Positions 1-9,673 of a DNA stretch of 64,000 nt are shown one piece after another. A program made the translations under genes and the position numbers. Location: contig CAWBKB010000004.1 in the NCBI GenBank assembly GCA_963789265.1, forward strand, positions 224,001 through 288,000. The letters are read 5' to 3'. Source of the stretch: an uncultured delta proteobacterium (lineage in GTDB: Bacteria > Desulfobacterota > Desulfomonilia > Desulfomonilales > Desulfomonilaceae). The notes beneath the pieces are model-generated. The model did not search any database. It was given only the letters and a program-made list of their open reading frames with translations, and was not told the DNA's origin. Each line of letters begins with the position of its first letter. Position 1 is the stretch's first letter.

Positions 1-162
1 GTCCATAGCCATAGCCACGAACACGAGCACACACACTCTCACGAGCATGAGCACCAGGAAGGCACTTTGGCTCATGCTCACGAACACACAGGTGATCACG
101 GTTCCCATGACCATGTTCATGTTCGCCACGAGGCCGAAACTCACGACCATGTTCATGTGTGA
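1..162 (+). CDS. 3' end of a protein with a His-rich tail (5'-truncated by window edge)
   Basis: Frame 1 reads VHSHSHEHEHTHSHEHEHQEGTLAHAHEHTGDHGSHDHVHVRHEAETHDHVHV then TGA at 160-162; 20 His in 53 aa. Not in the ORF track. Confidence 0.8.
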   Translation, partial: VHSHSHEHEHTHSHEHEHQEGTLAHAHEHTGDHGSHDHVHVRHEAETHDHVHV

Positions 163-210
163 AGCGCCGCGCATGCGCTGAAGTTCATGAGTGTGGTTCC
201 ATAATTGAAC

Positions 211-672
211 TTACTCTGATGACGATTTAACAGTCAGCACAGGGCAATTCGCGGTACGCACCACGTTTTCTGCGGTGCTACCGAGGACCAGATGTTTGAA
301 GCCGGTCCACCCGTGTGTACCCATAATTATAAGATCAACTGATTCTTGCTCGGCGAAACGGACTATTTCGTTAGCTGGTACACCGATCCGGGAATAAGTG
401 GTCACGTCACTGAGCGTTTTTTTACACTCTTCCACCAGTGCCGCAAATCCCTTTTCGACCGATTCTTCTAGAGCTTTAAGCACTTCTTGGACATTAACCG
501 GGACCGCCATCTCGAATGCAGGAAATCCCAGCCTCGAAGAGTTGACCACGTGCAAAATGGCAAGTCTGGCTCCAAAGGCTTGAGCATAGTCGATCGCGAT
601 CTCACGCGCGGGGCGTGAGTTTTCCGAGAAGTCCGTGCATAGTAGGATATTTTTCGGAATCATTACATTCAT
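211..672 (-). CDS. Universal stress protein (UspA family)
   Basis: ILLCTDFSENS N-terminus and DLIIMGTHG...LGSTAENVVRTANCPVLTV C-terminus typical of Usp domains. Confidence 0.93.
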   Translation of the reverse strand: MNVMIPKNILLCTDFSENSRPAREIAIDYAQAFGARLAILHVVNSSRLGFPAFEMAVPVNVQEVLKALEESVEKGFAALVEECKKTLSDVTTYSRIGVPANEIVRFAEQESVDLIIMGTHGWTGFKHLVLGSTAENVVRTANCPVLTVKSSSE

Positions 673-867
673 CCCCTTTCAGCGTCAGCCCGTGTAATTT
701 GATCATAGCACTCAAGCGGTAGCGTGATGCCCTCACCATACCAGAATTGCCTCAGAATCAAAATTTGTTATCTTACGGAAGCAACGCGCGGGGTCCCGGT
801 TCCAAATTCACTGTTCCAGTTAATTGAGACGGGGCCCCAATCGAAAAGGTCGAAAAGAGAGCAATGG

Positions 868-2038
868 ATGAACCCTTCTCACAATAAGAGTTTTAACCTC
901 CAGATCTTGCTGATTTTGGCATTGGGCCATCTCGTGACCGACATTTACCAAGGCGCGCTACCGGCAGTCCTTCCCTTCCTTAAAACGAAGCTTGCCATTT
1001 CCTATACGATGGCCGGCGTGATTATGATGGCCGCGAATTTTACCTCCTCGGTCGTCCAGCCGGTGTTCGGCTATTTGTCGGACAAGAAGGAGAAGATGTT
1101 CTTGCTGCCGCTGGGCAGTTTCCTGGCGGGCGCAGGCATGTGCCTTGTCTCCGTGCCCGACAATTACCTCCTGGTCCTGTTTCTGGTAGTAGTCAGCGGC
1201 CTGGGAGTGGCCGCCTACCACCCTGAAGGTTACAAAACCGCCTATTTCTTCACCGGCGACAACGTGGCTACCGGGATGTCGGTCTTTTCCGTGGGCGGCA
1301 ACTTGGGTTTTGCTCTGGGACCTATAATTTCGCTTTCCATTATCACGTATCTGGGATTTGGTTACTTCCCCTTGATGGTGATCTTTTCTCTTATATTTCT
1401 TTCGCTTCTGCTTTACGCGTGGAATTCCCTTGCCCGTAAAAAGCCGGATGTGGCCATGCGAGCGAAGGGCATGGAGGCAGCGCGAAAAGGGGCGTACAGT
1501 TTCTCTTTTTCTCATTATCGGGACTGTGATTATGAGATCCTGGACCCAGATCGGGCTCATGACCTATATTCCCTTCTATTACATTGACATTTTAAAAGGA
1601 GAGCCTCTGTACGCAGGCAAGCTCGTGTCAGCCCTTCTTCTCGGGGGTGTTGTGGGCACAATCGCGGGCTCCATTATAGCCGACAGAATCGGCCACAAGA
1701 GGTACCTGATTCTTTCCATGGCCCTTACAAGCCTTTTATTCCCTCTGATCTTCGTAGCACACGGTTTCATGCTGTTCATCACTCTTGGCGTGTTCGGCAT
1801 GGTGCTGATTTCCACATTCACCGTCACTATCGTAATGGCGCAACAGCTTCTGCCCAGAAATCTGGGAATCGCATCCGGGCTCATGGTGGGATTTGCAATC
1901 GGCACGGGCGGACTTGGCGTAACAATACTAGGAGTGATCGCGGATCATTTTGGGGTGCTGAATGCTTTGAAATCCATAATGGTCCTGCCGGTGGCAGGGC
2001 TATTGCTCTGCCTGCCGATCAGGTATCAGGGGAATTAA
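868..2038 (+). CDS. MFS transporter (Fsr-like), split by a +1 frameshift near 1490-1510
   Basis: GHLVTDIYQG...QPVFGYLSDK...YHPEG...GGNLGFALGP in ORF 724..1587; C-terminal TM half in ORF 1430..2038; ATG at 868. Confidence 0.85.
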
Positions 2039-2140
2039 CGACCTTAGTTCTTACCAACTCCCATGATGGAGAGCATCACAACCGGACATGAAAACACCAG
2101 TAGGATTGTTCCGCGCTCAACGCGGGAATGCCGGTAGCTG

Positions 2141-2557
2141 TCACGCGTATTCCCCTGCCTCCCAAATCTCCTCACGCGTAGAGGACTCGATGCGACATTC
2201 TTCGCAGATCCCTCGGAGCCAATGGACCATTGTCTTTTGGAGTCCGATGAAACTTTTGGGCTTGCCTTCGCTGCAGATTTCCCATTCTCCGTCCGCACGG
2301 CAGTAATTTGGAGTAAAGGTGTCACGTTGAGTGTCGCAGTCGATCTGCACTGCGTGACGGCTCTGTGTATCCTCGAAGTATATCCGAACCACTTCGAGAT
2401 CTTTATCGAAGATCCATCCGGATTTGACAAATCCGAACGGTGCGACTATCGGACTGAATTCCTTGATAACATCGTTGGCAAATTGTTCCCGTACCAGCCC
2501 TTGAGCCGCATCAATCCTGTCCCCGTAAATTCTGAATTTAGCTTCAGTCGCCATCAT
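2141..2557 (-). CDS. Hypothetical protein (138 aa)
   Basis: ORF fills the gap, protein-like composition; no family recognised. Confidence 0.5.
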   Translation of the reverse strand: MMATEAKFRIYGDRIDAAQGLVREQFANDVIKEFSPIVAPFGFVKSGWIFDKDLEVVRIYFEDTQSRHAVQIDCDTQRDTFTPNYCRADGEWEICSEGKPKSFIGLQKTMVHWLRGICEECRIESSTREEIWEAGEYA

Positions 2558-2629
2558 CCATCACCGCCTTTCGGGTTTTTCGCACTTGCCAAACATTTTG
2601 TTCGATTCGGAAGATAAAATCCTGGGATT

Positions 2630-2878
2630 GTAGGGGCGGTCCCGCGAGACGCGCATGGGCGTTAAGTTAACGATTTATACCCCCCTTTCGTAAAGGGGGG
2701 CCAGGGGGGATTTTGGGATAACTCATTGAAAATCCCCCTAAGTCCCCCTTTAGAAAAGGGGGACTTTGATCGCCCTTGGCCTGCTGCATTTACCTCTTGA
2801 AAAGGAACGAAATTGCCTTAAGTTAACGCCTATGCGCGAGACGCGGGACCGCCCTGGGCGAATGCCATTCGCCCCTAC
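2630..2878. repeat. GTAG-type REP-like palindromic element interrupted by a MITE
   Basis: GTAGGGGCGGTCCCGCG...CGCGGGACCGCCC...CGCCCCTAC; removing the insert and one duplicate restores the hairpin. Confidence 0.8.
2654..2834. mobile_element. 181-bp MITE with IS4/IS231-like ends and 11-bp target duplication
   Basis: Ends CATGGGCGTTAAGTTAA / TTAAGTTAACGCCTATG; direct repeat CGCGAGACGCG at 2643-2653 and 2835-2845. Confidence 0.85.
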
Positions 2879-3019
2879 AACGTCCGACGAAAAAAACCCC
2901 GTTTATGGCAACTGCTCTATGTGCATCAGGTTCCCGATCGGATACCATTTTCTCAACTACCCTAAAATATGCACTTTCGGCTGAGAGGCAATCGACCAAT
3001 TTGATGCGGTCGGTGGCAC

Positions 3020-4663
3020 TCAGGAATTCTTGGAGCGCGGGACTATTCTCCACAGACGGAACCTCGGTGTTGCGTCAGCATCCGGGATGGCTTCCAGGTC
3101 CAATCCCAGGCTTCGCAAGGCCCTTACCGTTTCATCGAAAAGGGCTTGATCGTGGGCATCCGAAAAGAGATATGCAGGCTTACGAGACGTGATTAAATGT
3201 TGGAGCTTTGTCTGATTCCTAACCCAAGTCTGTTTTAGAGAAACGCCTGAGTGTATCAACTCGATCGTGGGTCTTGCTGATAGATAATGAAGCACCCTTG
3301 GATGCATTGACATCACTACATCGTCCGAAGTGTGCTCGCGAAGCCAAAAAGCAGCCTTAAAATATGGGAGATCCCGAACCGATTCAGCGCCCCCTCTTTG
3401 AATTGCAGTGCGTGCATGGAGCACAGTTATAAAGTTGTGTCCAAGGTTGAGAACCGCCAGTAGTAAAAAGATGCCGACCAGGACACTTGCAGGCCGTGCC
3501 AATCCGCCGGCGGAAACCCGGAATCTTTCGTTCGCCCATTGAGAAGCTCTCAACAGGCCCAATGCCAGGAACAGATACAGCCCGGGAAGGAGTAGAATCA
3601 GGTATCGGCTTCCAGCCGGCATCAGAAACAGAGCGCCGAATTGAATTACCGTCAACGGTATAAAAAGCCGCTCACGACGACGAACAGCCACCCACATCCC
3701 GACAAGAATCAGGCAAGGCAAAATCCATTCCAGGAAGCCCGTTTTGATGACCGCTCCGGAAAGCGCGTAGGTCGTTTCCTGAGCATATTCCCAGATGGAC
3801 GTTAATGTGACCTGTACCTGGTATGCCGGCGGTCTTCCGGTTATTGCAGCATAGTAAGTGCCTTCATTGACTGACCCGGGAAAATACGACTTGCATATTT
3901 CCCATGCTGCTATGGGAATGCTGCTCAGTAAAAGAAATAGACCGGTGTGAATTGCGCGGCGCAATCCCGTCGTTTCCTTCCAGGCGCAAAAAAGAAAAAA
4001 ACCTATGGCGGCCACTAGCCCAACGCCGTTGATCCGTATCAGTGGGGGTATTCCCGAAGCCAGAGCGGCCAGCACAGTCCAGTGCAGCCGCGCAGGATTC
4101 CTCGCCGCGGAGATAGCCGCATTTAAGCTGCAAATGCCGAAGAACGCGAAGGGAACATCTGATGCCGTGAAAGTGGAATTCTGCAACAGTACGTGATTTA
4201 TAGCAAAAAGCCCGCCCACCAGAAGTGCCGCATCCGGTCCGTAGAGTCTGAAAATCAACAAGTAGCCCGCGCCGGCCGTTAGCAGCCCTATCAAGGCCAT
4301 AAGTGCGCGATAGGTCAGAAAGCTCTTCCCGAAAAAGTGCGCGGCGACGGCCACGATGGCAGGGTAACCGGGCGGAACGTACGTGTGTGGCTCCCCGTTG
4401 AAGAGATACCCGTGTCCTGCAGCCAGGGATTCTCCCAATTCCAGGTACAGCGCACTGTCCGGAGTGGCCTTCCAGGAGCTGTTAACGACGAGGAGGAAGG
4501 GCACCACGGCGATAATTGCCAGCACGACAACGCGTTGTGCAGTGCACAGCCCTTTCAAACCGGAGCCCATATCACTGAATAAAGTAGATTCCAAAATTTG
4601 GCTGCCTTTGCAACTTTGAGGTTTTGGACTATGTTTCACGAGTTCCAACTCTGTATCGATCAT
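3020..4663 (-). CDS. Polytopic membrane glycosyltransferase, GT-C/ArnT(PMT)-like
   Basis: TPDSALYLELGESLAAGHGY...PPGYP luminal loop followed by many TM segments; start uncertain (alternative ATG 4570). Confidence 0.75.
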   Translation of the reverse strand: MIDTELELVKHSPKPQSCKGSQILESTLFSDMGSGLKGLCTAQRVVVLAIIAVVPFLLVVNSSWKATPDSALYLELGESLAAGHGYLFNGEPHTYVPPGYPAIVAVAAHFFGKSFLTYRALMALIGLLTAGAGYLLIFRLYGPDAALLVGGLFAINHVLLQNSTFTASDVPFAFFGICSLNAAISAARNPARLHWTVLAALASGIPPLIRINGVGLVAAIGFFLFCAWKETTGLRRAIHTGLFLLLSSIPIAAWEICKSYFPGSVNEGTYYAAITGRPPAYQVQVTLTSIWEYAQETTYALSGAVIKTGFLEWILPCLILVGMWVAVRRRERLFIPLTVIQFGALFLMPAGSRYLILLLPGLYLFLALGLLRASQWANERFRVSAGGLARPASVLVGIFLLLAVLNLGHNFITVLHARTAIQRGGAESVRDLPYFKAAFWLREHTSDDVVMSMHPRVLHYLSARPTIELIHSGVSLKQTWVRNQTKLQHLITSRKPAYLFSDAHDQALFDETVRALRSLGLDLEAIPDADATPRFRLWRIVPRSKNS

Positions 4664-5603
4664 GCAGGTACACGGCCGACGCGATAGGCAGACCCACTAG
4701 CCACAAGATCTTCGCCGGAACATTGGTCAAGAGGGTAAATTGCGACCGTAACCCGAAGCCGGAATGAAACGAAAACCGAGCATAATGAATCGCGCAGCGA
4801 AGGAAATACCACGGGTCGCAAAGGAACCAATCAATTTGTTCCGTCAGGACTGACTGAAGTGCCAGGCGCCCTTCAGCAGCATTATCTCCAGGCGAGCCTC
4901 CTCGAAGGAGCGATGGCTGGTCCTGCCAGTACACCCGTAACATTTCGTTAATGTATAGAGTCTTGTACACCCGTGCCATTCTGCACCATACTGTTGCTTC
5001 GGGGATGTATCTGACCTCAGGCTCAGGAAACGGGAATTCTTTCATCACAGACGTTCTAACGCAAAGCCACATCTCGTTCTTTATCTTAAACTTGTAGATC
5101 ATCTCCAGATGGTTCGAGGCCATAGCGTCGGCCGGAAACGGAACCCCAACAAGCCGTCCGTCCGAGTACCGGCACAGAGCGGTCACTCCGCAGAACAGGC
5201 CTCGATTGCTTTCATCAATGGCTTGCCAATGGTAAGCGAAACGCTCCAGGGCCTCCGGTACGCATGTGTCGTCCGAGTCCAATATGATGAAGAAGAAACC
5301 GAACGCTTCTCGGACCGCGTAGTTTGTCGCGACGTGCTTTCCTCTATTAGCCTGATAAAAATACCTTATAGGAAAGGAAGAAGATTCACTTTTCCAACTT
5401 TCGACAAGGCTGCAGGTGTCGTCCGATGATCCGTCATCCACTACGATCCATTCAAAATCCAGCAGCGTCTGTTCTTTCAAAGAGAGGTAGAGACGTCCCA
5501 AAGTATGAGCTCGATTATACGTCGGGGTGAATACCGTAAAAAGGGGCCGTGTTCTTTCCTGAAGGTTTGAAGACGTCTTCACCATAACTGTATTCTGAGG
5601 CAT
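4629..5603 (-). CDS. Glycosyltransferase family 2
   Basis: FTVFTPTYNRA, IVVDDGSSD and LDSDD motifs; ATG at 5603. Confidence 0.92.
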   Translation of the reverse strand: MPQNTVMVKTSSNLQERTRPLFTVFTPTYNRAHTLGRLYLSLKEQTLLDFEWIVVDDGSSDDTCSLVESWKSESSSFPIRYFYQANRGKHVATNYAVREAFGFFFIILDSDDTCVPEALERFAYHWQAIDESNRGLFCGVTALCRYSDGRLVGVPFPADAMASNHLEMIYKFKIKNEMWLCVRTSVMKEFPFPEPEVRYIPEATVWCRMARVYKTLYINEMLRVYWQDQPSLLRGGSPGDNAAEGRLALQSVLTEQIDWFLCDPWYFLRCAIHYARFSFHSGFGLRSQFTLLTNVPAKILWLVGLPIASAVYLHDRYRVGTRET

Positions 5604-5687
5604 TATGCCGCGATCTCTCCATTCTGGGGTTTTACGGCCTGTCTCACAAACCCGGTTCGGCACATCCTGCCGGCACTTGACATTTTT

Positions 5688-7367
5688 TCAGGCACTTTCA
5701 TGAACCGGAAGCACTCCGGCGATCCAATTCTTCACACTTCCCCACCGGATATTGCGGGAATTCCGTTTCAGATATATTTTACCCATCGGAGTGAGGGCGC
5801 TCACGTACCGTTTCTCCAGATAAGGGGCCGCTTCCTCGCCTAGGCCCCATATTTGCACGACGACATCGGGTCGCAGTTCGCCTATTGAATATGAGTAATC
5901 CCACTTCAAATGACCCGGATAAAAGGCCCGATACTTGTAAAGCGGTTTGGAATCATAAGAGAGACGATGCATCTTCTCGTGGGCGATTTTCTTGTCGTTT
6001 TTCCCCAACATGTCTATCGCAGTTCGATTTGTGAAATATGGCACTGCGCCCGCTGCCAACACAGCTATAGTGGCATCAGGAGTGGTAATCCGGCTCAGAA
6101 GCATAGCCGTCTCCACCGACTTCTGTCCGGCATCCGTATAGGGCGTGTCAAGCAACAGCCATTCTCTGAATTCTTTTATTCCGGGGATGGCATTCAAACT
6201 AATCTGAGCGAAGAGAATGATGGCAATCGCACCCAGCGTAATACCTTTCTTGCTTAAAGAGATGGGCTTGACGGTCTCGGAATCCAGGAAAGTCCGCCGC
6301 ATATCGGCCAAGGTGCATCCCAGCAACATGAAGAAAGCCGGCAATGCTATGGTAAGATACCGATTCGAGCGCCCCCAGAAACTCCACGCGTCACCCCCCA
6401 CATATATGCTGTATAAGACTTGAGTGACATAGACCCATAACAGGAGCAGCACGCGAGTATCTTTACGCAGCAGGCGATAGACGAATGGCGCCAAAAACGC
6501 TAAGGGGAGTATTGTGCACAAAGGCTTAGACATCACGATTAGACCCCTTGAGATCCGGAGCAAGAACGGATAGCCGGTCATCTTGAGATAATACGTGTTT
6601 GGCAAGAATTCGCCGTAATACGCGAATCTAAAGGCGGTTTGCAGTAGAATAAAAGCGGAGAAAAACGTTAACCCGAGCCTGGCATTGCCTGCCCTGTTAC
6701 TCGAATCTACGACAAGAAGATAAGTCAAGATGCTGACGGCAGGAACAATCATGTCCGGCCGGACGAGCGTGGCGGCTCCCAGAACGAAATACAATGCATA
6801 GGAAGGCCGACCCTGACGGAGAGATCGCAACGCCAACCATATTGAGACGTCAACCAAACAGACCAACACGCTTACTTCCATCCCCCCTAAACTCCAGTAT
6901 ACCAGCGGATAGCAGAAAGCGGTCAGGAAAACAGCAGTTAAGGCGGCCAACCGATCGCCATCCGAAATGAAGTAGGCAATCTCTTTTACCAAGAATAGGT
7001 TGATCAAAAGAAATACCATGCCGCTGAGCTGGATCGGCAAACCAATCTTGGATGCAGATATCGGCAGAAGATGGAATAGGGCCATCCAAAGCACCCATAG
7101 AAAGTTGGTATAACCTTCCACTCTCGCTCCGCCGGGGTTCCAAACCAGGCCATGTCCATTGGCGAGATTCTTGGCGTACCTCATGGAAATCATGGCGTCG
7201 TCCAAAAGACTGAAAAACCTTTCTCCGTGGACCACAAAGCTCATGCGGTAGATGAAGAGCGAAGCGTATAAACAGTACGCTATCAGTATCAAGCCGAAAA
7301 GAACTTGGGCGGTCTTCCCGAAATCATCCGGCTCATACTGCGTTGGAGGGGAAACCCGGAATTTCAT
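5688..7367 (-). CDS. Polytopic GT-C membrane glycosyltransferase (AftB-like motif set)
   Basis: [46 protein letters not shown], GGDAW...RY motifs and many TM helices. Confidence 0.8.
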   Translation of the reverse strand: [559 protein letters not shown]

Positions 7368-7485
7368 ACCATGATCTCGCGTGCGGATAATCGGATGAAG
7401 ACTTTATACCATTTTTCAGCACGCATTTCCCGTGAGGCAGAGCGATGGCCGACAATTTTCCACTACCATCAGCCATGCTCATCTT

Positions 7486-7618
7486 GTATGCATTCAGTTA
7501 CAGCCGGAATTTGCCGGTGGTTTCGTGGGGTGGGCTTTCTAGCCCGCCATTGGACAGGGGTTTCCTCGGCAGGCTGTCTCGCGCCTCGCGGGACTGCCCC
7601 ACAAGATTGAATGGTTGC
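7486..7618. mobile_element. IS66-like MITE containing a GTGG REP-like doublet
   Basis: Ends GTATGCATTCAG / TTGAATGGTTGC; 8-bp duplication CTCATCTT at 7478-7485 and 7619-7626; internal GTGGGG...CCCCAC at 7525-7602. Confidence 0.75.
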
Positions 7619-7723
7619 CTCATCTTTCCTTATTTTCTTGAATTCTACTGCTAAAATGTGCATCTGTTTAAGTAGCACGCTATGAGCATGGAGGGACTGA
7701 ATGGCCCCAAATGGAGGTTTTTC

Positions 7724-7948
7724 ATGCCTATTCTGAACTACAAGTGCCGAGAATGCGGCAAAGAATTTGCAAAAATATTCTTTGCCGAAGAAAATGCGCC
7801 CCACGAGTGCCCTGTTTGTCATGCTGAGGGGCCCGAAAAACTTGGGCCGGCCTTCAATCCGGATCGTGAGTCCTTGAAACGCCTCTTGTGTGTGTCGTGT
7901 GAAACTTGCGGAGATGAGGGTTTGTGCTCCGAAGCTCCGTCGTCCTGA
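7724..7948 (+). CDS. FmdB-family zinc-ribbon protein
   Basis: MPILNYKCRECGKEF...CPVC; GGAGG upstream of ATG 7724. Confidence 0.85.
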   Translation: MPILNYKCRECGKEFAKIFFAEENAPHECPVCHAEGPEKLGPAFNPDRESLKRLLCVSCETCGDEGLCSEAPSS

Positions 7949-8035
7949 TAGGGAGATATCCCGGAGAGTTGCTCCGGCCCGATTGCAGTCTTTATCAGTG
8001 GTCAGTGACATTGCGACATCAACACGGAGAACCGT

Positions 8036-9664
8036 ATGAAGAAAGAAACAAATGGCGAAGCAAATTCTTCCTTGGTCAAAAAATCGGCAAAGGGGGAGCG
8101 AGCCAATTGCCCGACTTGGCCAATTGAAGACAACCTTGCCGTGCTGGAGGACATGAGGGCCGAGGCCGCGCAAGGAGGCGGGGTTCAGAGGATTGCCCAG
8201 CAACATGCCCGAGGCAAATTAACGGCCAGGGAACGGTTGGATCTCCTACTGGACGAAGGATCTTTTGAGGAATTTGATGTACTTAAGGCCGGTAGGGGCG
8301 GCCATCTCGGCGGAGATCGAGAGTACCTGACCGACGGCGTGGTAACGGGTCACGGGACGATTGACGGTCGCGAGGTTTTTATTTTTAGCCAGGATTTCAC
8401 GGTCATTGGTGGCTCGCTCGGTGAAGCGCATTCCGAGAAAATCAGTAAAGTCATGGATCATGCGGTTCGGGTGGGAGCGCCGTTCATAGGGCTCAATGAT
8501 TCGGGCGGTGCCCGAATTCAGGAAGGTGTGGACGCGTTGGCCGCCTACGGGGAGATCTTCAACCGCAATGTTATGGCTAGTGGGGTGATCCCCCAGATTT
8601 CATGCATCATGGGTCCGTGCGCCGGAGGTGCCGTGTACAGCCCGGCAATGACAGACTTTACTTTCATGGTAGAAAGTTCTTCGTACATGTTCGTCACGGG
8701 TCCCAATGTGGTGAAAACGGTCATTCATCAACAAATTAGCTTCGAGGACCTGGGCGGCACAGGAGTGCACTCCGAAAAGAGCGGTGTGGCCCATTTCGTA
8801 TTACCCAATGACATTCTTTGCCTGCGGGAGGTGCGGCGACTCATAAACTATCTTCCTTCCAACAACCGGCAGAAGCCGCCCTTCCTGGATCTAAGAGACC
8901 CTTTGAACAGAATCGACCCGGCCCTTGATTATCTTGTCCCGGTCAATCCAAACCAGGCCTATGACATGAAGGTCCTGATTCACAGCATTTTGGATGGAGC
9001 CGAATTTTTCGAGATCCAGGCTCACTTTGCCAGGAATCTCATCGTAGGCTTCGGCAGACTGGGGGGCGAGACCATCGGATTGATAGCTAACCAACCTGCT
9101 GTGCTGGCCGGAGTGCTTGACACCAATGCTTCCGTCAAAGGTGCCAGATTCGTGCGATTCTGCGACGCTTTCAACATTCCGTTGATCTGCCTGGTTGACG
9201 TGCCGGGCTTCATGCCCGGGCCGGAGCAGGAACACGGAGGAATTATCCGGCATGGCGCGAAGCTTCTTTACGCGTTTATTGAGGCTACGGTGCCGCGTAT
9301 TACGGTGTTCGTGCGCAAGGCTTACGGAGGAGCTTACATTGTCATGAACTCCAAGCACATCGGAGCGGACATCAATTATGCCTGGCCCACTGCCGAGATA
9401 GCGGTTCTCGGGCCCCGGGGAGCCGCGGAAGTCATTTATCGGAAAGAAATTCAGTCCGGTGCGGACCCGACTGCTGTCCTGGCGGAAAAGGAAAGGCTTT
9501 ACCGCAAGGCGTTCGTAAACCCGTTTCTTGCGGCCAAGAGGGGCTACATAGACGATGTCATATTTCCTCGGGACACCCGCCTAAGGCTGATTCGGAGCCT
9601 TCAATTTCTCGAAGGCAAGAAGAAAGCCCAACCTAAACGCAAACACGGCAACATTCCCTTATGA
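8036..9664 (+). CDS. pccB: Acyl-CoA (propionyl/methylmalonyl-CoA) carboxylase, carboxyltransferase subunit
   Basis: GKLTARERL, DSGGARIQEG, GPCAGGAVYSP, RKAYGGAY and terminal KHGNIPL. Confidence 0.92.
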   Translation: MKKETNGEANSSLVKKSAKGERANCPTWPIEDNLAVLEDMRAEAAQGGGVQRIAQQHARGKLTARERLDLLLDEGSFEEFDVLKAGRGGHLGGDREYLTDGVVTGHGTIDGREVFIFSQDFTVIGGSLGEAHSEKISKVMDHAVRVGAPFIGLNDSGGARIQEGVDALAAYGEIFNRNVMASGVIPQISCIMGPCAGGAVYSPAMTDFTFMVESSSYMFVTGPNVVKTVIHQQISFEDLGGTGVHSEKSGVAHFVLPNDILCLREVRRLINYLPSNNRQKPPFLDLRDPLNRIDPALDYLVPVNPNQAYDMKVLIHSILDGAEFFEIQAHFARNLIVGFGRLGGETIGLIANQPAVLAGVLDTNASVKGARFVRFCDAFNIPLICLVDVPGFMPGPEQEHGGIIRHGAKLLYAFIEATVPRITVFVRKAYGGAYIVMNSKHIGADINYAWPTAEIAVLGPRGAAEVIYRKEIQSGADPTAVLAEKERLYRKAFVNPFLAAKRGYIDDVIFPRDTRLRLIRSLQFLEGKKKAQPKRKHGNIPL

Positions 9665-9673
9665 GGTTCAATA

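Noticed and set aside
7469..8206. Long antisense or overlapping ORFs (e.g. 7469..8206, 18942..19706, 24885..25604, 39986..40768, 46064..46828)
   Set aside because: They are shadows of well-supported genes on the other strand, with no recognisable motifs.
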